Assembly (NCBI GenBank): GCA_030704615.1
Contig: CM060731.1
Coordinates: 73,284,001 to 73,348,000 of the forward strand
Direction of reading: 5' to 3'
DNA from: Takakia lepidozioides
Taxonomy: Eukaryota > Plantae > Bryophyta
DNA length: 64,000 nucleotides
Positions 49,585 to 61,845 of the stretch are shown here, piece by piece. The notes under the pieces are model-generated. The model searched no databases, was not told the DNA's origin, and saw only the letters and a program-made list of their open reading frames with translations. The position numbers and the translations under genes were made by a program. How positions within the stretch are numbered: position 1 is the stretch's first letter; each line of letters starts with the position of its first letter.

Positions 49585-50583
49585 TGTCGCGCGGCTTTTA
49601 TTCACCCATCCCTTCGCTATCCGAGGTGGAAACTCCAAGATAGAAGAGTTGGAAATCCCTAAGTACTCAGCCCGCGCAGAACAATCAGTCATGACCTACA
49701 GCTAGTGTATCATGGGGGTGTTTCCTATTTGTTTCCCTTTTTGCATTCATCTTAGCTACCTTACCATTGATAATTAAGTATTAGTTTGCTTCATCAATCT
49801 ATCGGTTTCCTTCACTCATCCATTCATTCCACAGCTTCACTCAGATCTCTCTACACAGTGTGATTGTATCGTGTAAGTATCAGATTATGATTTATCAGGT
49901 ATCAGGCCGAAGCCATTATGTCTCTAATCTGCTCTACAATATCACTACCGCTTTGCATATAACAAGCATCTACTAATCCTCTTTCCTCCTTCACCGTGCT
50001 CTCCATCTTTTGCTTCCGATCTCCGCTCCAGCCTGACTAAGAAGTCCTCCTCCGAATAATGATCCCCCCCATTTCCCCTTTTCCCTTTATCTTCCTATCC
50101 GCAGTTCTAACCGTTTCCCTCACTAACCGTCGTCTGTGAACTAACATGTTCCCTTCGCAGGTGTTGTTTCCCCACAGTCGTTCCCTGTCCTACTCTTCGT
50201 TCCCTATGATCGTGACAGCTGTGTCAAGCTGTGACTGGCTGTGTGAAACTGTGACGGGCTGTGTCGGCTGTGTTGCTGTGTCGGCTGAGTCGTCTGTGTC
50301 TGCTGTGACGGGCTGTGACGGGCTGTGTCGGCTGTGTCGGCTGTGTCGGCTGTGTCTGCTGTGACGGCTGTGTTGGCTGTGTCTGCTTGTGACTGGCTGT
50401 GTTGGCTGTGTAGGCTGTGACTGGCTGTGGGCTGTGTCGGCTGTAACGGGTTGTTGTTGGCTGTGTAACCCCCTCTACAGTGCGGCTGTCACCCCTAAGG
50501 CTCCTGTTGGTCAGTCTGTGCAAAAATTAAGGGTACCCTACAGATCCCGTATAAGTGTCTAAGTCCCCTACAGTCCTCTAACA
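49585..50583 (-). repeat. 3' LTR (999 bp)
   Basis: Near-identical to 61846-62816 except in the GGCTGTG repeat tract. Confidence 0.97.
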
Positions 50584-50600
50584 TTACCCTTCCCCCCCTC
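50584..50600 (-). other. Polypurine tract
   Basis: GAGGGGGGGAAGGGTAA immediately before the 3' LTR in element sense. Confidence 0.9.
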
Positions 50601-50614
50601 AAAAAGCCGTGTCC

Positions 50615-53600
50615 TCACGGTTTACTGTTTCCGAGTAGCAAACCTTGTGAGTGAGCACCTTGTTGACGTTGAGAGTTTTGTGGTGGACTGTGTGTACGAG
50701 CCCGAGGTCTGTCTCTGGTTGACGGAGATGGTTGATCACTACCTTGATAATTGAGGCCTCTGGAGGCTGATATCGAGGTAACCTTTCCGGCATAGGAGAC
50801 CCCCGTCGCTTCTTTTTCTGCCATCTGAATTGCATAGTCTTCTCCCATGTCAAAAGAATTTTTGTGAAGAAACAGTTGTATCAGAATCCTCATCACCTCT
50901 CAGATGTTTTAATTTTCGAACCTTTTGTGAATCATCTGGGGCATACATGCTGTCCTACCATGTCTGGAAGTTTGCATTTTACAACTTGGTGTAACCGCTG
51001 AACAGCAAAATTGGTGTAGACACTGAGCTCCTTGTCTGTCCAGGTGAGTGGGTACCAATTACTGGTGCAGCGTGCAAGTACTTCCATGCCCATGTCTCTT
51101 ATAGAAAATGTCATCAAGTCCAAATTTCTGTGTTGACAAATGGTTGCAGGCTGCTTGAAACCATGAACGAATTTGAGAATCCTTCTGCATCATAACTTTT
51201 GGGGTCATATAGGTACATATGAGGTGGGCACCGAAGGTAATACCCAATGATCTCCACTAGAGTAACTTTGAAAGCGTGTTTGCATCTTTGTTGCTCAATG
51301 TTGGTAACGTACCAGAAAACAAGCAGCGTAAGTATAGCCCGCACCCCATGACAATACTTGCTATCTCCTTGGTCTTGGTATAAATGAGTCCATGTACAAC
51401 CCTGGAAAGCAACCAATTCCCTCAACATGGTACCTGCCTCGTGCCAGTATTGTGCAAAGTGATGATCTTCAATATGTCGATTGTTTGGAAGAACTTTAGT
51501 CCTAGTTGCCACTGGCAGCCAAATACGCATGATTTGGTAGTAATGTGCGAATGACTGCGGAGGACTAAATTCTTTCCAAGCCAAATCCAACATGATGGGA
51601 ATTTGGTTGAAGGGCATAAGCATAGCCCTGCTGTACTCCCTTGCAGCTGGAGTTTTAGGTGGGTTAAAAGCGGCATTGCCCCATACCTCCGGCTGTGGTG
51701 GCTGTGGTGTGGTTGTAGTAACCACAGGTTCAGCTACTGGTACACTGACCTGTTGTGGTGGTGGTGGTACTGGCTCCTGTATCATTGGCATCTCCTGCAC
51801 CTCCTGTGAAGACTGAAAAGCCAAAGTTCTGGCTTGTAAATAAGAAGCCATTAGCTGTTCCTGAGGGATATAGACTCTTTGGTCGATGTTTGAAGTGAGG
51901 TCTTCCACTTGAGTCTGGAGTCCGTCTACATCCTCTTGTAACTCTGCTATCCTACTATAGACATTGTCTATAGTAGTTGTGGCAATGTTCTGCACCTGCA
52001 GCCTGAGCTCATTCATCTCGCTTTGGGTGAGCTTCCGTGGGGCTTTGCCCTCTACTGGCCCTTGTGCTAACCAGACCTGCATAAGGCTGTTATCCACCAA
52101 GCTGCTTGTGGTTCCCCTGAGAGTTTGCTCCTCTCTTAGCTTGTACAATTCCAACTGCTGTTGTAAAGCCTCCATGCGCTTCGCCTGTGGCTCAACCAAT
52201 TGCGCATAAGCAGCAAGTAGATTATTGGCTTCCTTCCAAGCCTTGTTACTGACCGCGATTTCATTTCTATTGGCCACGATGGTTTGTTGCAACTCCACGA
52301 TGTGTTTCTCTTGATCAGCTTCCATCTGCCTGTATTGCTTGAAAGTATCTTCATTGCGACAGATTGTATTCTTCATATCGACAATGAGCTTCATTTGCTC
52401 AACATTCTCTTCTTCTGCCTTCGTACATTTTTCCGCTTGACTGTTTATTTCTTTGTTGATTGGTCAAGCATAGTTGTAAATGTAGCACATTGTATCGCCA
52501 TCCTGTTATGCACTGTCTGCAACTCCGTATGTAGTGCATTCAGTTCTTGCAACTTGCTTTCATGCTGCACCTGCATTTGGTATAGCTGTTGCTTATGTGC
52601 TTCGTGCAACTGGTCTTGCGCGAGGCCTGCCTCAATCAATTGTTGCTTGGCCAATTGCAAAGCCATTTCTGTATTGCCCAAGTCCTGCTTCATCTTGAGA
52701 GTGACCTCTTCATCGACCTTGTTTGCACACTCAGTGGCAAGTCGAGCCTCAAACTCCTTCCTGAGTTCCTCTTTCAAGGCTGTCAATTGGGTAATTGGAA
52801 CATGGGATTTGACATAAGTCCCCAACAAATTAAGTGTCCTGCCTATGGAACTCATCAGCATTGCCTGTTGAGGGTCATCATGGTGAGGTTGCTGCTGTTC
52901 CTCCTGATCTTCAACAGTATGATGTCTCACTAACCATTCAGGCCATTGTCCCACCGGATTTTCTTCCTGAACTACTTCATCTATCACCGGTGCTACAGTG
53001 TCATGACCTTCCGCCTGTGGTACCTCCGACACAGGTGTGTGTATTATATGCACCTCAGGATTTCCCTTGGGCAACTGTTGCACCTCTGGGATTTCTGTCT
53101 CCTTGACCAGACCAGAATATTCATAGAGAAGGTCCCCTTTCTCTATTTCTGCCACTATCTGTTCTGTAGTTGGAATATCTATCCCTTCACTTTCCAAATC
53201 AATTATTTCGGGTTGAGCTGCATGGATAACTTGTGACCTTGTGACAAGTCGTTCAAGTGGCTGTGTTGGCTGTGATGCAGAAGTAACTTCCTCCTCCCTC
53301 TCTGAAGGTCCTGCTTCCAGTAATAGCATTTGTCTGTGCTGCTGTGCCCCTTCCTGGCCATGAGCTTGGGAAACATTATCATGCGGAATCCGTGAAGCCA
53401 GTGGATCCGCCACTACAGTCTTTCCCCTTCTCTGCCTCTTAGTCTCGGGTTGTGCTGCTAGTCCACCCTCACTGTGTGAAGAGCCTTGCTCTTCCATTGC
53501 AGTTGTTTCTGGCTCAAACACTCCCATTTCCTTCCTTTCTTGTGCATTAAGTATGCCAGAATTAAGGATTATTTGAGCAATGATTGGGCCAGACACTATG

Positions 53601-54801
53601 ATAGGAGACTTTGCGGTAGTACCTTGTAATCTTTTCATCTCCTCTACTAGTGCGTTGTACATTATGTCCGCCCATTGTACCTCTTGTCCCTTCAGGCCTT
53701 TGAGTATTTCCTCTGTGAAGGATCTGCTCAAATATTGTTGGTTCTGTTTCAGGGCAATCAGAACGTTCAATACCTGGCCTATCTCTTTTAACCCTGGGTA
53801 CACAGCTTTGGTACAAGCATAACCCTGAGTTTTAAAGAAACTCCCTTCTTGGAATAAGTCCCCTATTTGCAGTCTTGCCCTGTGTTCCCCACATGCACCT
53901 GACCTGCTGGCAATCGAAACAATTGCTGGAGGTATAGGGGAGTAATCATTAATTCAACTCCCTTCACCGTTGTTGTTCCTGTCCTTGGCTCAAAGTTCTG
54001 CAAAAATTGTAACATGTACTGTCTATGGTGTAGTGTCCAATCTAGGCTTTGCAATCCTTCCAATCTCAGCTCCTCCAGTATCTTTATCGCCTGTGGGGTA
54101 GCCATCGTTTGTTTCTGCAGAATTGTGGTGCTCTTCACCCTGATTTCCTCCATTCCTCTCACTCTCTTCATTTTAGACTCACAGAACTGCTTTGGCTGTA
54201 ACAACTGCAGGAATGCCTGTAGTGCACAAAGCATAAACGTATGGTTGCCGCAGAAAGCTATGGGTAATTTCTTGTAAGCCTGCGGGGCTTGCAAGCATTG
54301 CTCAAGAGAAAAGCTCTGCTCTGTCCTTTCGTGTCTATGCCACTGCGTAAGTAATATTGCGAGCGTATAGTCTGTTAGTTCCTCCATAGTTTCCAAGTTA
54401 TAGCATTTATGGCCTGTCCTGTCGAGACGCCCGTTACTCAGAACGACGCCGCCTCTTGCGCTCAATTTCCCTCCATTTTCTTGATCCTTTCTCTGGTTTT
54501 CTATTGGCTGTATCCGCTGTGACTGGATTTTAAATTTTATCTTCTTTAGTGGACTTTCCCTCTTGGATAGTCCACTAGGATCACACATGTGACAAGAATT
54601 CGGCTTTTCTGTACTTGCCGTTCGTTCCGTTTCCCTTTTTCCGTACTCATTAATGGGCCTGCTTTCATCCCTTTTGACGGCCGTTCTTGTCTTCTTTCTT
54701 TTTGACACCTGTCCTTGCACTTCATTGTCTGCTGTGTGTCGCGCCCTGACCTCCACGTGTCTATTTTTAAAGTAATTTCCGTTTCCTCTTCCGTCATCCA
54801 T
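50615..54801 (-). CDS. Large sense-strand accessory coding region 3' of pol (frameshifted pieces of 312, 452, 426 aa and smaller); long coiled coil
   Basis: Abutting ORFs 53863-54801, 52445-53803 and 51114-52394. The N-terminal part (QFLQNF..TTVKGVELMITP..LFRLP..VQWADIMYNALVEE) resembles plant mobile-domain/Transposase_32-type TE proteins. Confidence 0.75.
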
Positions 54802-54859
54802 TTTCCTGAAGTTATTATGTGTCCACTTGTCACTGATTCTATGGATGGTGTAACTTTAG

Positions 54860-55132
54860 TAGGCTGTGTTGAGCTGTGACAGGCTGTGTCATACTGTGTT
54901 ACACTGTGATAGGCTGTGATGCACTGTGGTAAGCTGTGATAGGCTGTGACACGCTGTGGTAGGTTGTTATAGGCTGTGTTGCGCCGTGCTGGGCTGTGAT
55001 AGGCTGTGTTGCGTCGTGATGGGCTGTGATAGGCTGTGTCACGTCGTGATGGGCTGTGATAGGCTGTGTCACGTCGTGATGGCTGTGTGATGGCTGTGTC
55101 ACGTCGTGATGGGCTGTGTTGGCTGTGTCACG
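54860..55132. repeat. 30-bp minisatellite (GGCTGTGATAGGCTGTGTCACGTCGTGATG) after pol
   Basis: About 8 degenerate tandem units; shares the GGCTGTG motif with the LTR tract. Confidence 0.9.
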
Positions 55133-55166
55133 TTTGTTTTGCCCGCCCTGGTCATATATGCTGGGC

Positions 55167-56687
55167 CTAGCGACAAGTGTTCCATACTCCGTTCGTAACA
55201 CTGGGCATGCCCATATCATGCAGGGGTTTGTCATGGATACCACTGTACCCCTTCAACTTATTTGCATTGACTCTTCCCAGCATTTCTTTGTTAATGGTTT
55301 GTAACATGGCGGTGTTGTTATCATACATCTTTTGTATGACATAAGGTCCTTTCCACGGTGATTTAAGCTTAGAAGCTTGAATCTTTCCTTTCTTCTGCAA
55401 CCATAGAACCAAATCCCCCGTCTTAAAAGTCTTTAACTTGCCTTCATCAAACTGTTCCTTTCGCTTCATCTGAATTCTGGTCATATTATCAGCTGCATCA
55501 GCACGTACTTCTTCCACATGGTATAATTCATGTTTCCTGACCTTGATGGAGTCTTGCAATTCCATTCTTTTTCCCCACTCCGTTCTCATGGTAGGTAACA
55601 GGAATTCCACTGGAAGTAAGGCTTCCATACCATAAACTAATTGGAATGGTGTATACTTAGTGGTGACTTTATATGAAGTCCTGTATGACCATAAAGCTGT
55701 CAGCAGCTTTGTATCCCAATCCGTTCTGTTTGCATTGACTATCTTAGCCAAGATAGTACATAGTATTTTGTTGGTAGCCTCTGCCTGCCCATTACCCTGT
55801 GGGTAATATGTTGTACTCTTTCTATGCACAATCATAAACTCTTTAGTCAACAACTCAATGGTCTCATTCATGAAGTGACTTCCTTGATCACTGATAAATT
55901 CTAAGGGACAGCCAAATCGTGTAAGTATGTTCTCGTACAGGAACCTTGCTGTGGACTTGGCTGTGTTGTCCCTCAAAGCTTTAGCTTCCACCCACTTTGT
56001 AGTATAATCAGTGGCTGTAATTATGTACCTGTTTCGTGTATTCTTGGATGGTGGATTAATTGGTCCAACAAAGTCTAGTCCCCATTTCTGAAATGGTTCC
56101 GTAGGCATTGTAGGATGCAAGGCCATCCTTCCAGATCTCTGCAAAGGTCCTAGCCTCTGACATTCATCACACTTCTGACAATACTCATGTACATCTTTGA
56201 ACAAAGTAGGCCACCAGTATCCTGCGAGTAGTATCTTTCTACTGGTAGTCTCTTCTCCAAAATGACCTCCAGCCACTCCTTTATGAACTTCCTCCAAGAC
56301 TTTATTTACTTCATGGTGGTACAAGCATCGTTTTAGTACTCCATCAGGTCCTAACTTATACATTCTGCTTCCTACCATAGTATAAGGTAAAGCTTTGATA
56401 GCAATTCTCTTCCTCTGCTCCTTACCATAACTAGGTGGGCACTGACCATGAGCAAGGTAGTATCTGATTGGCCACTGCCAATCTAACCATTCATCTGCAC
56501 TTCCTTGCACCTCCATTACAAATAAACTCGCATCAGGTAACTGATCGTCCACTCCTGTGGCGGCCTCTCCTGTTGTTAGTCGTGACAAATGATCTGCCAC
56601 AAGATGCAAACGGCCAGGCTTGTAAATAACCTCGAACTCAAACTCATGCAAGATTATTAACCACCTCGCTATCCTTCCACTTATCAA
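55167..56687 (-). CDS. End of RNase H and integrase
   Basis: [45 protein letters not shown]. Confidence 0.97.
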   Translation of the reverse strand: MISGRIARWLIILHEFEFEVIYKPGRLHLVADHLSRLTTGEAATGVDDQLPDASLFVMEVQGSADEWLDWQWPIRYYLAHGQCPPSYGKEQRKRIAIKALPYTMVGSRMYKLGPDGVLKRCLYHHEVNKVLEEVHKGVAGGHFGEETTSRKILLAGYWWPTLFKDVHEYCQKCDECQRLGPLQRSGRMALHPTMPTEPFQKWGLDFVGPINPPSKNTRNRYIITATDYTTKWVEAKALRDNTAKSTARFLYENILTRFGCPLEFISDQGSHFMNETIELLTKEFMIVHRKSTTYYPQGNGQAEATNKILCTILAKIVNANRTDWDTKLLTALWSYRTSYKVTTKYTPFQLVYGMEALLPVEFLLPTMRTEWGKRMELQDSIKVRKHELYHVEEVRADAADNMTRIQMKRKEQFDEGKLKTFKTGDLVLWLQKKGKIQASKLKSPWKGPYVIQKMYDNNTAMLQTINKEMLGRVNANKLKGYSGIHDKPLHDMGMPSVTNGVWNTCR

Positions 56688-58157
56688 GGTTTGTTCACCA
56701 GATATATCAGAGCCTGGTGATCCACATAAAACATAAACTTTCTTCCCAATAGGTAATGCCTGAATTTCTTGACTGCATAAATCATTGCCAATGCTTCTCT
56801 TTCCGTTGTACTATAGTTCCTCTCAGCACTGTTCATCAATCGGCTAGCATAGTACACAGGTGAATCTATATTCCTGTAACATTCTGGGCTAACACCGCTC
56901 CCAACGCTTCTCCTGATGCATCGCAGTGAACATGAAATACTACATGCCAGTGAGGGTTAATCAGCACAGGTGTAGTTGTTACTGACAGTGTAAGTTCCTC
57001 AAACGCCTGTTGACATTCAGCTGTCCAGGCAAACACTGCATCTTTCTTCAGAAGCTTGCTCAATGGTGCTGCTATTTGTGCATACCTTTTGACAAATCTT
57101 CTGTAATAACTGGTTTGCCCAAGGAATCTTCGTAAACTTTTAACATTCACTGGGGTGGAGAGGCTTTAATGGACTCTGTCTTCCTGGGATCCACAAGGAG
57201 TCCCTTCTTACACACAATGTGTCCCAGAAGCACCCCTGAGTTCACACAGAAAGTACACTTCTCTGGATTCAGGCCCAGACCTCTCATCCTGCATCTGGCC
57301 AAACATAACTCCAATTTATGCAAGTGCTCACTCTTAGAGCTGTACACACTGAAATCATCCAAGAATACCTGCATGAAATCATCCAGATACTCATGAAAAG
57401 ATTCACTTATCACTCTCTGAAAGGTCGCTGGTGCATTACAAAGTCCAAAGGGCATGACTTTGTATGCATAAGCCCCCCAGTCTGTGATGAAAGCTGTTTT
57501 CCCTTGGTCTTCTTCTGCCACTTGCACTTGATTATAACCACTGAAGCCATCCATGAATGAGTACATCTCATGGCCTGCCACAGTGTCTAATACTGCTTCT
57601 GTGAATGGCAAAGGGAAAGGATCTTTCTTCGTACAAGCATTCAGCTTCTTATAGTTCACACATACTCTTAGTTTGCCATTCTTCTTGGGAACTATAACAA
57701 TGGGTGACAACCAAGTTGTATACTCTATTGGGTATATAAACTTAGCCTCAGCCAACTTCTTTATCTCTTCTCCAACCTTCTGTGCGTAGTTGGGATTCAT
57801 TCTATACCTCGCCTGCTTGATTGGTACTGACCCTGGTTCCAGTTCAATCTTATGCTGACAGACTTCAGGTGGTATCCCTTTTAGATCCTCATAGCTCCAA
57901 GCAAATACATCTCTGTATTTGATGAACAAGCTTTTAGCTTCTTCGAAGAATTCCGGCTCCAAATCAGCTCCTACTTTCACCATCCTCGGTTCCTCCTGAG
58001 TTCCCACATTTACTTCTCTCACCTGCTCATCAGCTGTGATTGTCCAACCAGTCACCACTTCATCCTTAAGCTCACAGTGGCTGGTTCTTCTAGGATTTCT
58101 ATTTCTCCCTCTTTTCTTCATAGAAATGTGATGGGTAAATGCTGGTTTCCTCTTCAA
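56688..58157 (-). CDS. Reverse transcriptase and RNase H (frameshifted)
   Basis: [44 protein letters not shown]. Confidence 0.97.
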
Positions 58158-58172
58158 TTGGTGTTGCTGACA

Positions 58173-58949
58173 CTACACCACAGCAGATACCTCTAAACAA
58201 CTTAGGCTTTCCAGCCGCATCTCTGCAACCTGCTCCCACTCTGGGTGTGCAGCAAATAGGGTAGCTTCCTGCTCCTCATCCAGTCCTCCTCTCCAGTCAT
58301 ACTCTCTGACTCCTCGAGGTCTTCTTGTAGCAGGTAATCTACTAGATTTCTTTGTGGTAATTTGTATCTCGTGCATCCCATTATGCACGGTTAGTAACTG
58401 AGAATTCCAGTCATGGAATACCCTGGCCTGTTTCAGCCACGGACGTCCCAATAATAAGGAGTAAGCCTCCATGACTTCATCCATTTTTAATACAGTTACT
58501 GTGATCATAAAGATCATTTTCTGTATCTGTATCTTAACTCCTCTTATTAATCCCAATGGCTGCACACTTCTTTGATCTGCCATTGTTACTGTAAATGGGG
58601 CTGGTTTCATGTTACTTAGACCAAGCTTCTTCCTTAATTGGTCTGTCATGATATTTACTCCAGAACCACCATCTATCAGTACATCAGTTAGTTCTGTGCT
58701 TCCAATTCTCAATTGGATTACTGGCATAGAATCATCAAAGTCCATGACTGGTTCTCGCCCTTCCGGCTTCACATTATAACTGGTCACCTTGCTGTTCAGG
58801 TCTGTGTTTCCTGTCTCTTGGGCAATTCGATTGATTGCCTGATACAGCCTGTGCCTACAATAAGGTGCCACAGCTAATAGCTGTCCAATGGTAATTTCTG
58901 CTTTGGTCTGACATATTACTGCAGCCAAAGTCTCTTCATTACTTTGCAT
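58173..58949 (-). CDS. Aspartic protease
   Basis: VLIDGGSGVNIM, LLLGRPWL. Confidence 0.92.
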   Translation of the reverse strand: MQSNEETLAAVICQTKAEITIGQLLAVAPYCRHRLYQAINRIAQETGNTDLNSKVTSYNVKPEGREPVMDFDDSMPVIQLRIGSTELTDVLIDGGSGVNIMTDQLRKKLGLSNMKPAPFTVTMADQRSVQPLGLIRGVKIQIQKMIFMITVTVLKMDEVMEAYSLLLGRPWLKQARVFHDWNSQLLTVHNGMHEIQITTKKSSRLPATRRPRGVREYDWRGGLDEEQEATLFAAHPEWEQVAEMRLESLSCLEVSAVV

Positions 58950-61237
58950 GTCTGCATCTTTTTTTTCCTTTCTTCCTCACTCCCTTCTTTTTCTCCATCC
59001 GAATCAGAGGAATCTGCCACAGGAATATCAGTACTCTTTTGCATTTCCCTTATAGTATCTGCCACTTCCTTGTGCAGTTCCTTCTCATCTTTCCAAGTCT
59101 CTTCATCTTCAGGCATATCATTGCCACTTCCAGTCTCATCTTCTTCCTCTTCTACTGGAGGTATTAGTTTGGCTTTACTTCTTGTTACTATCATTGTACT
59201 TACTTCTGGTACAACACATGGCCTAACCATGTGAGCTGCCACCACTGGGCCCTCATTCACAGGAGCTCTCATCTCATTCTGGTGTCTTATCCAGAATGAA
59301 CAGGCTGCCTTGCGATGTCCTGGCTGATTACAATAGTAACATAGCTCTTCACCATTGGGTCCTCGCCCTTGGTCTGTTCTTGGATTATTTCTATAATCCT
59401 GATTCCCGGGCTGGTAATTCCCCCTTGGATTACCCTGATAGTTGCCTCTGGAATTTCCTTGGTAATTCCCTCTTGAATTACCTCTCCCTTCCATGCCATT
59501 GTTATAACCACCAGACCTACCATAGTGGTCCTGATCATTGTTTCTTCTTGGCTGGGGCTGCACCTGATGCACCCTTACTTGCCTAGGTTCTCTTGCAGCT
59601 GTCCTTCTGTTGTAGTAACAATTCTCAGTAGAATGGTTATCCATTTTACAGATAGTACAGTGTTTCTCCTTCATGTGGCATTCTGTGGTGGTATGGCCTT
59701 CATTCTGGCACTTTGCACACCATACACCCTTCCTCCAATGTGTTGCAGCCTCTGTGGCATACTTCTTCAAGATTTCTTCCAATTTTTTTTCATAGTTATC
59801 CCTCTTCAACTTCTCCTTTCTCTTACTCTTTCTTTTTAGTTCTTGCTCTTCTTCTTCATCTGACTCATCCTCAGAGTCCTCATCTTCTTTTTTCTCTCTC
59901 CTGAGCATTCCCAATTGCTCAATTCTGTTCGCAGTTTCAAATGCCTCCTCCACTGTATTATGGGGTAACATATCCACTTTCTTTTGCAACTCTGGTCTTA
60001 GTCCACTCACAAACCAAGTCTTCTGTAAACCGGGCGCTGGTACTGCAGCCAGCTTTTTCATCATCAATTCCATCTTCTCCATATACTCTTCAACAGTTTC
60101 ATGCTTCTTCTGCTTCAGCTGTTGTAAACTTCCATACACTTCATCCTCAGTTTTACTTGTCCTGAACCTATTTCGAAATGCTGTATTCAAGCCATTCCAG
60201 GTTAGGAAATGATTATCAGGGAATCTTGCATACCATTCACTTGCTTTCTTGATAAGTGAACAAGGAAACAGTCTCATCTTGGCATCATCGCCATTCTCAT
60301 TGTTCACTATACACATGTGCTCAAATTGGCTAATGTGTACATCGGGATCCCCTTTTCCTGAATATATTGGAAAGGGTGGTTTTGCCCGTGTTGGTTGTAA
60401 CGCCATCTGTGGCCCTACCTTCTGCCCACTGACAGGTGCTGGCACCCTTGCTGGTGCTGGTCCTTCTGGACCTGTTGTTTTTGTGGTGGATCTTCCACCA
60501 AGTGGTGGCCCTTGAGCACTCCTTGCTTCTGGCCCCACGATATTCACAGTATTCCCAGCTTCAGTTGCACTACTTCCCACACTCCCTGTCCCCCCAGAGC
60601 CAGATCCAGGCAGCCCGCCTGATCCCCCTGAGCCGACACCTTCGTTGGCCTGTGATCCAAGTGCTCCACTTGATCCAGGTCCAACGGGTTGGGATGTCCT
60701 GGTTGTAGTCTCAACCTCAGCTGTTGGGTCTACTTCTTCATATTCTTCCTCTTCTAATTTCTTCTCTCTGTTTTCATCCTCCAAGTTCTGCCCTTGGGTT
60801 TCTTCTTCACTCATGTAACTCAACTGTAATGGTGTTGGAGAGTCTGAACTCTCCGTTGGCTCTGCCACATCCTCTTCTCCTTCTTCATCTTCTGCTTCAG
60901 AAACTGGAGTTCCTGCTTTTGGTGTTCCATGCCAACTCTTATCAAAGATTTCTGTCAAGTCTTTTATCCAAGGATGTACCTCAGATCTTTCACCTCGTGA
61001 TTGATCTTCTTCCTGTACCAATTCCCTTAATCTTTCTTGCAAAGAAACAGAAGGAGTGGCATCCAACTCTAGTTCTTCCGGTATAGGTGATGCACTCTTT
61101 GATCTTGATGGTGTGAGAGGTCCAGATGATTCCCCTATGTCTATTCCTCTCTCCCAAAGATATGGATAATTAGCTTTCAGATAGCTTTCTCTTTTTGCTG
61201 AATATCTCTGTCGTCTAGCTTCTCTTTCATCACTCAT
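58916..61237 (-). CDS. Gag, 773 aa, three CCHC knuckles
   Basis: YSGKGDPDVHISQFE, LFPCSL..ASEWY, QKKHETVEEY, FVSGL; CAKC..GH..C, CTIC..NH..C, CYYC..GH..C. Confidence 0.95.
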   Translation of the reverse strand: MSDEREARRQRYSAKRESYLKANYPYLWERGIDIGESSGPLTPSRSKSASPIPEELELDATPSVSLQERLRELVQEEDQSRGERSEVHPWIKDLTEIFDKSWHGTPKAGTPVSEAEDEEGEEDVAEPTESSDSPTPLQLSYMSEEETQGQNLEDENREKKLEEEEYEEVDPTAEVETTTRTSQPVGPGSSGALGSQANEGVGSGGSGGLPGSGSGGTGSVGSSATEAGNTVNIVGPEARSAQGPPLGGRSTTKTTGPEGPAPARVPAPVSGQKVGPQMALQPTRAKPPFPIYSGKGDPDVHISQFEHMCIVNNENGDDAKMRLFPCSLIKKASEWYARFPDNHFLTWNGLNTAFRNRFRTSKTEDEVYGSLQQLKQKKHETVEEYMEKMELMMKKLAAVPAPGLQKTWFVSGLRPELQKKVDMLPHNTVEEAFETANRIEQLGMLRREKKEDEDSEDESDEEEEQELKRKSKRKEKLKRDNYEKKLEEILKKYATEAATHWRKGVWCAKCQNEGHTTTECHMKEKHCTICKMDNHSTENCYYNRRTAAREPRQVRVHQVQPQPRRNNDQDHYGRSGGYNNGMEGRGNSRGNYQGNSRGNYQGNPRGNYQPGNQDYRNNPRTDQGRGPNGEELCYYCNQPGHRKAACSFWIRHQNEMRAPVNEGPVVAAHMVRPCVVPEVSTMIVTRSKAKLIPPVEEEEDETGSGNDMPEDEETWKDEKELHKEVADTIREMQKSTDIPVADSSDSDGEKEGSEEERKKKMQTCKVMKRLWLQ

Positions 61238-61258
61238 GTCCCATGTCTTTCATTTCTT

Positions 61259-61750
61259 TTAATGTGGCAATAACCAAAACTCTCTTCTGTAATATCTCTC
61301 GTATATGCCTGGGTTTCTTTCAAGCTTCAATGCACCCTTGGCTATACTTGAAGTCTCCGTTACCATATAACCATATGGCAAACAAGTCTGAAAAGCTGTT
61401 CTTGGTGTGAGTTTGATCCACAAAATATCCTTTGGAATCCAATTCTTTACCAGTACAAGCTCTTCATGCATATGAGTATAAACATTCACCTTTCTTTCTT
61501 CCCAGCCTTCAAACTCTACTCGTTTAATGGATAGCAATGCTATCACATAAACCAATGTTGGTAACCAACGTGCTCTTCCTCTACAGGCTACCTGATAAAT
61601 CTTTATCACTCCTTTCTCCAGACCCCATTCTGGATCAGCATCATGCACTCGTTTAAGAATATTTTCTTTACAACCGTCTGGCAATTCCAAGAACCTTTGA
61701 AAGAATGTTTGGACAATCTTTCTTCCTTCGTTCCACAGGGAATTTGATTC
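61259..61750 (-). CDS. Small extra ORF between PBS and gag
   Basis: 143-aa ORF 61259-61690 in element sense, probably extended upstream across a frameshift. Confidence 0.5.
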   Translation of the reverse strand, partial: ESNSLWNEGRKIVQTFFQRFLELPDGCKENILKRVHDADPEWGLEKGVIKIYQVACRGRARWLPTLVYVIALLSIKRVEFEGWEERKVNVYTHMHEELVLVKNWIPKDILWIKLTPRTAFQTCLPYGYMVTETSSIAKGALKLERNPGIYERYYRREFWLLPH

Positions 61751-61825
61751 ACTTCAAATTCTTTAATGGTCCAACCACCATGATCCCACCAGATGCCTGT
61801 CACATCTGGTTGTTCATGTCCCAGG

Positions 61826-61843
61826 TCCCCAGTATGGTCGCCA
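61826..61843 (-). other. Primer-binding site, tRNA-Arg-like
   Basis: TGGCGACCATACTGGGGA 2 nt after the 5' LTR; the tRNA identity is from memory of plant tRNA-Arg 3' ends. Confidence 0.75.
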
Positions 61844-61845
61844 AA

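Noticed and set aside
50615-54801. env gene
   Set aside because: No evident signal peptide or membrane anchor; hydrophilic coiled-coil composition.
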